Below are positions 20,582 through 31,186 of a stretch of DNA of 64,000 nt, piece by piece. The notes under the pieces were generated by a model that was not told the DNA's origin, did no database searches, and worked only from the letters and a program-made list of their open reading frames with translations. Source of the DNA: Candidatus Bathyarchaeota archaeon. GTDB lineage: Archaea > Thermoproteota > Bathyarchaeia > Bathyarchaeales > Bathycorpusculaceae. The first letter of the stretch is position 1; the number at the start of each line of letters is the position of its first letter. The position numbers and the translations under genes were made by a program. The DNA lies in NCBI GenBank assembly GCA_963770935.1, contig CAVYRJ010000011.1, positions 96,001 through 160,000 on the forward strand. The letters run 5' to 3'.

Positions 20582-22340
20582 TCACTGGAACCTTTTTGGG
20601 TCTGTGTCAATGTCCACGATTGTGGGTTTGTCTGATTTGAGGGCTTTGTCCACGGCGGCTTCCAGTTGGTTTGGCTCAGTGACTTTGATTCCTATGCCTC
20701 CTGAGTGTTGGGCGAAGTCAGCGAAGTTATAATCAAATAGATCAGTTTGCCAGCCCTCATATCCCTCAACTTTCTGTTCCTGCATAATCATACCCAAATG
20801 CTTGTTGTTCATAACAAACACTTTGACTGGCAAATTGTACTTCAAAGCTGTTAAGAAATCGCCCAATACCATGGTTAAGCCGCCATCGCCAGTTAAACAC
20901 ACAATCTGCCGTTTAGGATAAGCCAAAGCCGCAGCCAATGCTCCTGGCAAACCAAAGCCCATGGTCGCCAAGGTTCCGCTCATGACCATCTTCTGCGTTT
21001 TCTTCATTCTAAAGTTTCTTCCAAACCACCAGCAGTTCTCGCCAACATCAAGAGAAATCACAGCGTCATCAGCGATTTTATCATTCAAAACTTTGATTAT
21101 GAACTGTGGTCTGATGGGTTTCATGCTGGAATTGGCTTCTTTTTCAAGCTGGTTTAGCCACACCTGCTTTAACCGTGTAACCTCAGCTAAATAATTCGGA
21201 TTGTGTTTGTGCTTAACTTTCTCAGTTAGTTTCGGAATCAAAACTGCACTGTTGCCCAGCAAGGCAACTTCAACTGGGTATCTGCGAGCAATCATCAATG
21301 GGTTAATGTCGATTTGGACTGTGACGTTTCTGTGGAATAAGCGATAAATCCGAAAACGATGAGCCAATTGCAATAAGTAAATCTGCCTTTGTCATGAGTT
21401 CACTTGCAGATGTTGAGCCTATTCCGCCGTGGCACCCTACATAAAGTGATTCGTTTTCGTCAACTACACCTTTAGCTCTAAAAGTAGCCATAATAGGAGC
21501 ATTAATTTTGGAGGCCAACTTTAACAGTTTATTTCCTTGCCCTCTTGCGCCAAAACCAGCTAAAATAACAGGTCTGCTGGCTGAATCGATAACTTTTGCT
21601 GCCTTCTCAACTAGCCATTCCTCCTGTCCGTAAGCCATGTTGGGCATTCTGCCCTCGAAAGGCAAAATCTCAGCTTCATACGGCAACTTTTGTACATCGT
21701 TGGGAATCCCGATGTGAGCCACACCCTGATCCAAAAGCGCATACTTAATGGCCAAAGTAGCCAGCGAAGTAGTCTGGTCCTGAGTCATCAAGGTTTTATT
21801 GTAGACGGTTAACGGTTCAAAAAATGCTTGCTGATCAATTTCTTGGATGGCACCCTGCCCAATATGTTTGCGGGGAACCATACCAGTCAACGCCAAAACA
21901 GGCGAATGATCCAGCTGCGCATCGTACAATCCAGTTACTAAGTTGGTTGCGCCTGGACCCGAAATTCCAAGGCAAGCCGCCACATGCCCAGTCAATTTGC
22001 CGTAAGCTGAAGCCATAAACGCTGCAGTTTCTTCGTGGCGAACCTGAATATACTTGACTCTGCCGTTTGTTTTCCGTATGGCATCCACCAATCCAAGCGT
22101 TGATGTACCAGGTATACCGAAAACGTACTGGACACCCCACGCGGCAATCTGGTTAATTAGCACCTCAGAAACAGTGTGTTCAACCGTTTTTTCTTCGGAC
22201 TTTTCCGCCAAAAGAACAAAAGCTGATTTGGGTGCTCCACAAACTGGGCAAACCCACTCTTTAGGCAAATCAGCAAACGCTACTTTCTCTTTCGTGTCAT
22301 CATAAACAAAATTGCAAACTGTACACCTATATTTTGCCAT
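20582..22340 (-). CDS. Rubredoxin-fused thiamine-diphosphate enzyme (pyruvate oxidase-like); one frameshift near 21330
   Basis: N-terminal [12 protein letters not shown] rubredoxin; [17 protein letters not shown]; [15 protein letters not shown] motif. Confidence 0.88.
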
Positions 22341-22456
22341 AACAAAACCTTCAAAACGCTATTAGAACTAAATCGTTTCGCCCTTATCAGTTTATTGGAA
22401 TAAAAAAATCGAACAATTTTTATAAACTGCTCCAGTCCTATTCACTATAAAGAGAG

Positions 22457-23398
22457 ATGAGTATTTTGGAGAATTGGGATGTCATAATCATCGGCGCTGG
22501 CTCCGCAGGGTTAGCCGCTGGAATATACACGGTGCGCAGTGGACTAAAATCATTGATTTTAGACGAGAAACTTCCAGGCGGAACAATCTCGGACGCCTCA
22601 ACGGTTGTGAATTATCCTGGATTTGCAGAAATTAGCGGTGGGGAACTAGCGGAGAAAATGGCACTTCACTGCCGAAAAGTCGGCGCAGTCATCCACGATT
22701 TGGAACCAGTCACCGAATTAGAGCTTACAGGCGAAAATAAAATCGTGAAAACCCCAAAAGCCACTTACGAAGCCAAAGCTGTCATAATCTCGCAGGGTTC
22801 ACATTACAGAGAAATCGGGGTTAAAGGCGAAAAAGAGTTCCGAGGAAGAGGAGTAAGCTACTGCGGAGTCTGTGATGGGCCATTCTTTAGGGGCAAAAAA
22901 GTTTTGGTTGTTGGCGGCGGAAACTCAGCTTGCATTACCACCCTTTATCTTTCAGGTCTTGCTGCGCAGGTTACTGTGATTCATAGGCGGGAGGCTTTCA
23001 GGGCGGAACAATCCTTGGTGACAGATATAGGTGCCAAGAGCAACGTAAACATTATGTGGAACACGGAAATTCGGGAAATAAAGGGCGACAAACAAGTCAA
23101 AGACGTCACTCTAATTGATAACTTGACTGGAAAAACAAGCGATCTAGCCGTTGATGCGGTTTTTGTGCAAGTCGGTGAAGCACCTAATAGCCAAATCGCC
23201 AAATCCAGCGGTGTAGAAACAGATGAGCATGGCTACATCAAAATCGACATCCACCAGCAAACCAATCTGCCTGGAGTTTACGCAGCGGGCGACGTGACTA
23301 ATCATCCAGTTAAACAAGTTGGCACTGCTGTAGGGCAAGGCATCACTGCGGCTTTGGAAGCGTACAGCCACATTAGACGACCGTATTACAGAAAATAG
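22457..23398 (+). CDS. trxB: Thioredoxin reductase
   Basis: GAGSAG, GVSYCGVCDG redox pair, GGGNSA, AAGDV. Confidence 0.94.
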   Translation: MSILENWDVIIIGAGSAGLAAGIYTVRSGLKSLILDEKLPGGTISDASTVVNYPGFAEISGGELAEKMALHCRKVGAVIHDLEPVTELELTGENKIVKTPKATYEAKAVIISQGSHYREIGVKGEKEFRGRGVSYCGVCDGPFFRGKKVLVVGGGNSACITTLYLSGLAAQVTVIHRREAFRAEQSLVTDIGAKSNVNIMWNTEIREIKGDKQVKDVTLIDNLTGKTSDLAVDAVFVQVGEAPNSQIAKSSGVETDEHGYIKIDIHQQTNLPGVYAAGDVTNHPVKQVGTAVGQGITAALEAYSHIRRPYYRK

Positions 23399-23501
23399 AG
23401 AGAAAGGATTATAATATTCTTAACCTCTTTTCATGTTTTCAATCAGCCCAAGCATGCTAAAGCGGTAATTAGCGGCTAAACGGTGAAATGAGGTTTACAG
23501 A

Positions 23502-24728
23502 TTGAGTGAAAAATGTCTCGCGGTAGTGGAAATCGACCAAGACCTATGTAGCCGATGTTTTGTCTGCAAGTCAATTTGCCCCTATGAAGCAATAAAGGCG
23601 GATTCAACGGGAAAAGTTGAAATTAACAGTCAAGATTGCCAAGTATGCGGCATTTGCTACAGTGCTTGTCCATCTGCAGCTATAAAAATGCAGTATTATA
23701 CTTACGATAACCTATCTGAATACCTAAAGAAGGCACAGGAAAAAACCAAAAAAGGCGCTGACACGCTGGTTTTGATGTGCCGAGGAAACTCGCCTTCCAC
23801 AGGTGAAGTGCAAGATATCATTAAAGCACAAGGCTTGAAAGTTGACAATTACATGGCACTTCGTTTGCCCTGTGCGGGCAGAGTTCCAACAGACTTTGTT
23901 TTTGAAGCGTTAAATTCAGGAGTCAAAAACATTGTCTCCGTTCAATGTGAAGACCCCTTCTGCCGCTACAAAGAAGGAACAAAAATCAACACAAGAAGAC
24001 TCGTTTTGGCTCGCAATATTCTTAAACAGTTAGGCTTTGACGAGAACGCAGTTAGAGTTGTAAAGTTTTCAAGAAAAGCAATCTACGATGTGCAGAAATG
24101 TGTAGGCTGCGACAAATGCATTTTCATTTGTCCCTACGGCGCACTTGAGTTCGAGTCGTTTGCAACCCCAAAAGTTAACGAAGAGAAATGTGTCGGCTGT
24201 GGCGCATGCCAACTGGTTTGTCCACACCACGCTATACAAGTGAAGGGCTTCGAATTCGAGGATGTTGTTGATCGGTATGGGAAATCGCTTGAGCAGCTGA
24301 AAGCTAAAGGCAAAGGTCCAGCTGTTCTCGCATTTGTCTGTCAATGGTCAGAGTTTTCAGCGCTAGACAACCCAAACAAAACTTTTGAAGGCAAAAACGT
24401 GTTGGCGCTGGAAGTTCCATGCTTCAAATCCCTAGACCCAGTCCATATAATCAACGCATTAAATTGCGGCTTTGACGGTGTCATGGGTGTAGTTTGTTCA
24501 TCCAAAGATTGCAAACTCCAAGAAGGAAGAGACACAGCAGAACGTAACTTGGCTGCACTTCAAGTTGCACTCAAAAAGCTAGGTCTGCTTGACCGATTCG
24601 AGCTCTACGAGGAATCACCCCGTTGTGCGGGCGAATTTGAACAGAAACTCGATGAATTCTACAAGAAAATTTGTGCTTTACCTAAACGTGAAGTAACTGT
24701 GGAGGCGACTGCAAAACGTACAAAATAG
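23502..24728 (+). CDS. Fe-S protein with tandem (2x[4Fe-4S] ferredoxin + MvhD/FlpD-like) repeats
   Basis: Four CxxCxxCxxxCP motifs and two MvhD-like segments (LPCAGRV..QCEDPFC; FVCQWS..VPC..GFDGV..C..DC). Confidence 0.85.
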   Translation: MSEKCLAVVEIDQDLCSRCFVCKSICPYEAIKADSTGKVEINSQDCQVCGICYSACPSAAIKMQYYTYDNLSEYLKKAQEKTKKGADTLVLMCRGNSPSTGEVQDIIKAQGLKVDNYMALRLPCAGRVPTDFVFEALNSGVKNIVSVQCEDPFCRYKEGTKINTRRLVLARNILKQLGFDENAVRVVKFSRKAIYDVQKCVGCDKCIFICPYGALEFESFATPKVNEEKCVGCGACQLVCPHHAIQVKGFEFEDVVDRYGKSLEQLKAKGKGPAVLAFVCQWSEFSALDNPNKTFEGKNVLALEVPCFKSLDPVHIINALNCGFDGVMGVVCSSKDCKLQEGRDTAERNLAALQVALKKLGLLDRFELYEESPRCAGEFEQKLDEFYKKICALPKREVTVEATAKRTK

Positions 24729-25555
24729 TAAGCAAAAAAGAACTTGTTCCAAAAATTAAACTGTTTGAAGTCGAAGCCCCTGACGTTGCGGCTCAATCGC
24801 AAGCTGGTCAATTCTTAATCGTGATACACGGCAAAACAGGCGAACGAATACCCCTAACCATTAGCGGTTATGACCGATCAAAAGGAACAATTTCGTTTGC
24901 TTTCCATGAAGTAGGCAAAACCACCAAAGGAATAGGTTTGCTAAATCAAGGCGACTGCATCGATAACGTTACTGGTCCACTTGGCAATCCATCAGAAATC
25001 AAAAATTACGGCAAAGTCCTCTGTGTCGGTGGAAGCGTCATGATTGCACCGCTACTATTGCAAGTTAAAGCAATGAAGGAAGCAGGCAACAAGGTAACTA
25101 CAGTCCTTGGTGCAAGAACAAAAGAATTCATCATGATGGAAAACGAAGCAAAAGCCCTCAGCGACAAAGTCTATGTTGCAACTGACGATGGCTCGGTGGG
25201 CTACAAGGGATTAGATTTCCTAAAAGATCTGCTGAAAACAGAAAAGTTTGACCGATGTGTTGTCATGGGTCCAGTTATCCTAATGAAGGATGTTAGCGAA
25301 ATCACCAAGCCCTACAACATTCCCACAATCGTAACCTTAACTCCGATTATGGTTGATGGCATGGGCATGTGTGGTGTATGCCGAGTTACGGTTGATGGCA
25401 AAATGATGTTCGGCTGCGTGGATGGTCCAGAGTTTGACGGTCACAAAACTAACTTTGACGAGTTAATTCTGCGTCAACGAACGATGCTTCCTGAAGAACG
25501 TTTGAGTTCAGTATTGTCTGAAATGAGTGGAGGATGTAAGTGTGGCAGAAGTTAA
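24716..25555 (+). CDS. nfnA: NfnA/SudB transhydrogenase small subunit
   Basis: AGQFLI, GERIPLTI, GPLGNP, TDDGS, MVDGMGMCGVCRV..CVDGPEF; frame open upstream to 24716. Confidence 0.9.
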   Translation, partial: TYKIVSKKELVPKIKLFEVEAPDVAAQSQAGQFLIVIHGKTGERIPLTISGYDRSKGTISFAFHEVGKTTKGIGLLNQGDCIDNVTGPLGNPSEIKNYGKVLCVGGSVMIAPLLLQVKAMKEAGNKVTTVLGARTKEFIMMENEAKALSDKVYVATDDGSVGYKGLDFLKDLLKTEKFDRCVVMGPVILMKDVSEITKPYNIPTIVTLTPIMVDGMGMCGVCRVTVDGKMMFGCVDGPEFDGHKTNFDELILRQRTMLPEERLSSVLSEMSGGCKCGRS

Positions 25556-26951
25556 GCCTAAACCAAAGTTAAACAAGAAAGCTGTAGAAATGGCAAAGCA
25601 AGAGCCTAAAGTTCGCGCCAAAAACTTCAGTGAAGTAGCTTTAGGTTACACTGAAGAAGAAGCCTTAGAAGAAGCAAGCCGGTGCCTACAGTGCCCCAAG
25701 CCTCAATGCGTGACAGGGTGTCCCGTCGAGGTTCCCATTTCATCATTCATCAAATGTATCCGAGAGAAAAAGTACGCTGAAGGCATAGCTACCATAAAAT
25801 CAAAAAATGCTCTGCCAGCTGTTTGTGGACGTGTATGCCCTCAAGAGGAGCAGTGCCAGAAAAAATGTGTCATCGGCAAGATGGGTGAACCAGTAAGCAT
25901 CGGACGCTTAGAACGGTTCTTAGCAGATTGGGAACGGCAAAACGGCTCGCAACTCCCCCCAAAAACCCCAGCCACAGGCAAAAAAGTAGCCATCGTAGGC
26001 GCTGGTCCAGCAGGATTAACGGCTGCAGCTGACCTAGTTAAGCTTGGTCACGAAATCACCATGTTTGAAGCGCTGCATGTTGGCGGCGGCGTGCTCATGT
26101 ATGGTATTCCAGAGTTCAGGTTGCCCAAAGAAATTGTGCAAAACGAAGTTAACTATGTCCAAAAGCTAGGCGTTGACTTGCGCCTTGGCAATTTGGTCGG
26201 CAGAATCCACACCATCCCCGAGCTAATGAAGAATGGGTACGATGCAGTTTTCATTGGAAGCGGTGCTGGTTTGCCTCAGTTCACTGGTTGTTCTGGGGAG
26301 AACCTTGGCGGAATCTACTCAGCTAATGAGTTTCTCATTCGTGTTAACCTTATGAAAGCATACCTGTTTCCTGAATATGATACTCCAATACGCCTCGGTA
26401 AGCATGTAGTCGTTATCGGCGGCGGAAACGTAGCCATGGATTGTGCAAGAAGCAGCATGCGACTTGGCAGTGAAGTATGCTTGCTCTATAGACGCTCAAG
26501 AAACGAGCTACCAGCAAGACATGAAGAAATCGAGAACGCCGAAGAAGAAGGCTTAATCTGCAAGTTCCTTGCCGCTCCAGTTGAATTCTACGGTGACGAA
26601 AAAGGCTGGGTTAAATCCATGAAAGTCATTGCAATGGAACTCACTGAACCAGATGCTAAGGGTAGAAGGGGAGTAAAAACGGTTCCAGGCAGCGAATTCA
26701 TCATGGATGTCGACACAGTAATCATCGCCATCGGACAAACACCAAACCCAATCATCCAACGCACCACAGGCGGCTTACAAAGCGACCCAAGACACGGAAC
26801 CATATGCGTTAACGAGGTCGGCAAAACCAGCTTAGACGGAGTTTACGCAGGCGGAGACGTGGCAACAGGAGCAGCAACAGTCATTAGCGCAATGGGAGCA
26901 GGCAAACGCGCAGCCAAAGCAATGCACGAATACCTAAGCAACAAAAAATAA
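25527..26951 (+). CDS. nfnB: NfnB/SudA transhydrogenase large subunit (GltD-like)
   Basis: EASRCLQC..CVTGCPV, CGRVCPQEEQC, GAGPAG, YGIPEFRLP, GGGNVAMD, GGDVATG. Confidence 0.92.
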   Translation: MEDVSVAEVKPKPKLNKKAVEMAKQEPKVRAKNFSEVALGYTEEEALEEASRCLQCPKPQCVTGCPVEVPISSFIKCIREKKYAEGIATIKSKNALPAVCGRVCPQEEQCQKKCVIGKMGEPVSIGRLERFLADWERQNGSQLPPKTPATGKKVAIVGAGPAGLTAAADLVKLGHEITMFEALHVGGGVLMYGIPEFRLPKEIVQNEVNYVQKLGVDLRLGNLVGRIHTIPELMKNGYDAVFIGSGAGLPQFTGCSGENLGGIYSANEFLIRVNLMKAYLFPEYDTPIRLGKHVVVIGGGNVAMDCARSSMRLGSEVCLLYRRSRNELPARHEEIENAEEEGLICKFLAAPVEFYGDEKGWVKSMKVIAMELTEPDAKGRRGVKTVPGSEFIMDVDTVIIAIGQTPNPIIQRTTGGLQSDPRHGTICVNEVGKTSLDGVYAGGDVATGAATVISAMGAGKRAAKAMHEYLSNKK

Positions 26952-27138
26952 TCCTACACCAAAGACTTTCTGAATCTATAGCCCTTTTGTTATCTTATTC
27001 CTTCTTTTAAGGCACTTACACTAACAATGTTCTTGACCAACCAAAAAGGCATTAACGACATTTATGCAATCTCTTGGTGACAGAGCCTTCAACTCTGAGT
27101 CTCTTGAACAACTATTTTACTGAAGGGATTTTAGGACT

Positions 27139-28390
27139 TTACTCTGTGTAATTGCTATTTTTTTCGTTGTTCTTCACTTTTCTAAATAGCAGAAACACAG
27201 TCGCAAATGCAGCTAAACTTGCGACTGTAATAATCACGACTGTTTGTTGGATGAGGTCTTTTTGGTCAGCGTTTGTCTCTGTATCTGTAGTGTTATCGTT
27301 TGGTTGGTAGTTTATCGGTGGCGTGGTAGATGAGGAGTCGAAGATGGTAGTTGCAGATTGTGCTGTCGCTGATGGTGAAGCTGGGTTGCCCTGCTGATTT
27401 GGCGGTGATTGTGAAGGTTTTGGTGTAGGTTTTAGTTTGATCTCGCTCATGTTTAGGGGGCTCCCTCCTTGGTAACACCAGAAAACCTGTCCGTCGTCAG
27501 CCCAAACATAAGCATTAACGTAAACCACGTTTCCGCTAAATTCAAGAAGTACACTCCAGAATGGGTAGAGTGCATTATAGTTTCTGGGGTAGCTTCCTAA
27601 ATTGGCTGTCTCTTTGGTTACCGTTATATTGAATTTGCTTATCCAGTTACTGATGTACTGCTTGGCGTTGTCTATGGCTTGCTCTTTTGATATGTTTACC
27701 TCTGTGCCTCCAATTGGGTATGCAGCTCGGTTATCTTCAATGTTCTTCAAGACACCATTGTCAAAAGTTATGCTGACATGGTTAAAAACAACTCCATTTC
27801 GAGATATTGTCCACGCGAAGTTTGTTGAGTTTATCGAGTTAGAGGCATTTATGGTTGGAGGGAAAGTTGTAGGAATTGACATTTTTGAAACACTTAAGTT
27901 AATGTCTCCTTGGGTAACGTTCATTGTTTTAGTTTCATCGACAAGTGACAGCATCCTAACGAGATCAGATGAATCAATGCCAATACATTCTCCAAGTTTA
28001 CCAAGGACCCGCGCAGCCACCTGAGCCATATTCGCATTGGCATAGGTGTAGTCGCTTATGGGTGAACCTGAAAGGGGCTGAATACCGCATTGCTTTAAAA
28101 CGCCGTTCATAAACACGAATACAACATGTATTGTGCTGGAGTTTGATTTCAAGTCGTAAGTAACGCTCTCCCATTTAGTTGGATCGTTGGGTCCCGAGGG
28201 AAGAGAGTATTCGCTGCGAAAAACGATGGAATATTGGTTCATGTCAAAGGGCAGAACGTTGTTGATGTAGGTTTGCGATTTTTCCTGAAGTATAGATGTG
28301 TCTGAGGAAACGTAAGAAAATTGCCCAAATGGAATAACCATTGTTAAGCAAACCAATCATCACTAAAACTGTTTTCTTAGAAGGTTTCAT
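27139..28390 (-). CDS. Secreted/surface protein with P/S/T-rich stalk and C-terminal TM anchor (frameshift in signal region)
   Basis: N-terminal hydrophobic stretch, low-complexity PST region, C-terminal TM followed by basic residues. Confidence 0.7.
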
Positions 28391-28446
28391 TTTACAACGC
28401 TGCCCTAATACGGTGTAGAAATGAACTTGTATTTAGCTCTCCTTAA

Positions 28447-28474
28447 GGAACAGATTGTTCCAAAAGAGGAACAG
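28447..28474. promoter_or_regulatory. Candidate operator GGAACA-gat-TGTTCC-aaaaga-GGAACA
   Basis: Three alternating half-sites in a divergent intergenic region. Confidence 0.35.
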
Positions 28475-28545
28475 CAGCATTCAAACGTTTCCCACAGGCC
28501 ATAACCGTCTTGAGTTGCCATATAGTAATATAGCTACTAAGACAT

Positions 28546-29276
28546 GTGAATTGTTATATGCGTAAGATTAAAGGCTCAAGCAGCTACCTCAAAAACCAAG
28601 TAAGAAAAAACCTTGCCAAAGCGGCTCTTAGCGCACTCATATTTGCGGCTGTCTTTTCAATTTTGATTTACAGAATTCTATCGACGCTTCAAATTGGCTT
28701 TTTTGAAGAAGCAGGTTTCGTTTTCTTAATTGCACCACTAGTTGCTTTCTACTTTTATCTGCGTAAGTACCACATCTACAACGGCGGTTGGCAAGGCGAA
28801 AAACAAGTCGCCAAACTCTTAAGCAACACATTGAGCGATGATTATTATCTATTAAATGACTTGTATCTGCGTGATGGCGGAGGAGATATCGACCACATCG
28901 TCTTGGGACCCAATGGGGTTTTCGTTTTGGAGACCAAAAACTGGAGCGGCAGCATTTCTTGCAACGGCGACGAATGGCAACGAGCTGGCAAACGCAACTT
29001 TTCAGGCAGCCCAAGTCGACAGGTGAAGCGAAACGCAGCCAAAATCAAGCAATTAATCGACAACTCCCCAAATCTAAGACAGTTGGGCATATGGGTTGAA
29101 GGTATAGTTGTCTTCACAAACAAACATGTCGACGCTTCATGTAAACAACTCCACTGTGCCTATCCTTAAGCTTACGCAACTTCCCAGCCACCTAATTGCT
29201 CATAGAAATTCTAGGATCATCTCTCACTGAACAGCTAGAAGCCATCGGACAAGAAATCCTTAAACATAAACATTAA
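28546..29276 (+). CDS. Membrane-anchored NERD-domain nuclease-like protein (3' frameshifts)
   Basis: 2 TM, GWQGE, DIDHIVLGPNGVFVLETKNWSG, SPSRQV. Confidence 0.85.
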
Positions 29277-29962
29277 TGCTACAGTTAGGTGGCGTAATTT
29301 TTAGCCATGCTCTTCTTTTCACGAACGCAAAAGATGTAATTGTAGTTATCAGTAGGGTACCAATTAGAAAAGAATTGAAAAAAAGTAGCGAAGGGTTTTG
29401 AGCTGTCCAAATTGAGATGGACGCCAAAATATAGAGCGAAATTATTCCAGTGAACAATTGCAGAGCATGAAGAATTCTTCTTGCTTGACAGGCTCTTGAC
29501 TTTACCCAGTTCAAGCAGGTTTCGATTCTTTCTGAAACATCAGGCAAATCGTCCAGCAGCAAAGCTAACCCAGCCAAAATAAAAAAACGCCCACATTAAC
29601 AGCTAAGTCACTTGAAGTAATCAGAAAGAGGCTAATCAGAGAGACAGGACGTAAACAACACGACAAAAACCAAGCCGACAAGCAAGACAAAGAGAGCCGT
29701 ATACATAATGGTGAAACAAGAAACGCCCTGTATGTAAGGCTCGGCCGATTGCAGCGCTGGGAAAGATATTGATTACTGCTGCGGCAAGTGCCAGCCAAAA
29801 GAGGTTGCCGTCAAGCAGATATGGTGCGTAGGGATGCCAATATGGGTAAGCTCTGTAATAGCCAAAGATGATCCCAGCAACACATGCTATTGTGATTAGT
29901 GCATTGAAGATTAACGCTAAACTGAATATTTTCTTTAAGATTACTCCGACGGAACCAGCCAT
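29260..29962 (-). CDS. Hypothetical membrane protein (frameshifted)
   Basis: FLFHHYVYG and GLALLLDDLPD segments in successive frames. Confidence 0.6.
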
Positions 29963-30046
29963 TTTTATGCCGTAACCCTATATAAAGCCCTTTAACTTTA
30001 AATTTTTATTAAGAAAGTCTGCTTAACCATCTTTTATAAGTAACGC

Positions 30047-30761
30047 ATGTTAGGAGAAAAAACTATGAAGTTTGAAATTAAATATAAACCATCATACGCC
30101 ATGCTGGTTGCTACCATAGACCAAGGCGAAACCATAACGGCGGAATCAGGCGCATTAACCTACATGACCCCAAACATTGAAGTACACACACGCAAACGTG
30201 AAAAAAGCCTCCTTGGATCGTTGGGTTTAACCCTTATAGGCGGGCAATCATTTTGGGTAAACGACTACACAGCCACCAACGGGTCGGGAGAAGCAGCTTT
30301 TGTTGCTGCACCAGTCGGCGACATCAAGCAACTGGATATTGCACCCGGGAAGCGGTTACGTTATTCAGAAATCCGCCTACATCGCATCTACGTCAGGCAT
30401 CGATTTAGACGTGAAATGGGAAGGCTTCACTAAAGGTCTCTTTGGTCAAGGACTGTTTATGCTTAAAGCCACGGTAGCGGACAGATGTTCATAAACACTT
30501 TTGGCGCAATAGACACTCACACTTTGCAGCCTGGACAAACCTTAATTGTTGACAACTTCCATCTTGTCGGCTTTAGCGAAAGCTGCAGCTACAAAGTCAC
30601 GCGGCTTGGCGGACTAAAAGAAACTTTACTTAGCGGCGAAGGCTTAGTCACCCAAATCACAGGACCAGGAGAGGTCCACATCCAAACAAAGAACCTGCAA
30701 GAATTCACACGAGTGGCTTTGGACTCTGCTTGAACCCAAAGTGCGTTCGACTGCAAGGTAA
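30047..30761 (+). CDS. AIM24-family protein (TIGR00266-like; frameshifted)
   Basis: AESGA, GGQSFWVN, GQGLFML, FGAI, IVDNFHLV, SGEGLV..GPG. Confidence 0.85.
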
Positions 30762-30795
30762 GCACAACTTTTATTTTTTTCTTTTTCTTTAGCAC

Positions 30796-31179
30796 TTGAA
30801 CTTGGGCGAAACTATGAATAGCATAGGATTAGGCATACTTGTCGGTTTCATTATTACTGTAATTCTAAGCGTAATCTACCCAGGAATCGGATACATTCTC
30901 GGCGGTTTCTTAGGCGGAATAATCGCTGGACTCATCGCTAGAGGCGTATTAGGCGGTTCGATTGCTGGTTTTCTCTCAGGAGTATTTAGCGCAATAGCGT
31001 TGGCGATTCTGTCGTTTCTAGGCTTTATTGTTGTAGGCGGTATCACCCATGGCGTTCTTGGAGTACTGTTTGGAGGCTTAGCAGGATTAGCCCTTGGCAT
31101 AATCGTTCTTATCTTGGGCGTTCTTGTCTCGGTATTATCTGCAATCGGCGGTTTAATTGGCGGCGCAATAACAAGGTAA
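30796..31179 (+). CDS. Gly-rich small membrane protein (DUF5518-like)
   Basis: Repeated GG/AG TM helices ending IGGLIGG. Confidence 0.65.
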   Translation: MNLGETMNSIGLGILVGFIITVILSVIYPGIGYILGGFLGGIIAGLIARGVLGGSIAGFLSGVFSAIALAILSFLGFIVVGGITHGVLGVLFGGLAGLALGIIVLILGVLVSVLSAIGGLIGGAITR

Positions 31180-31186
31180 GACGTGT

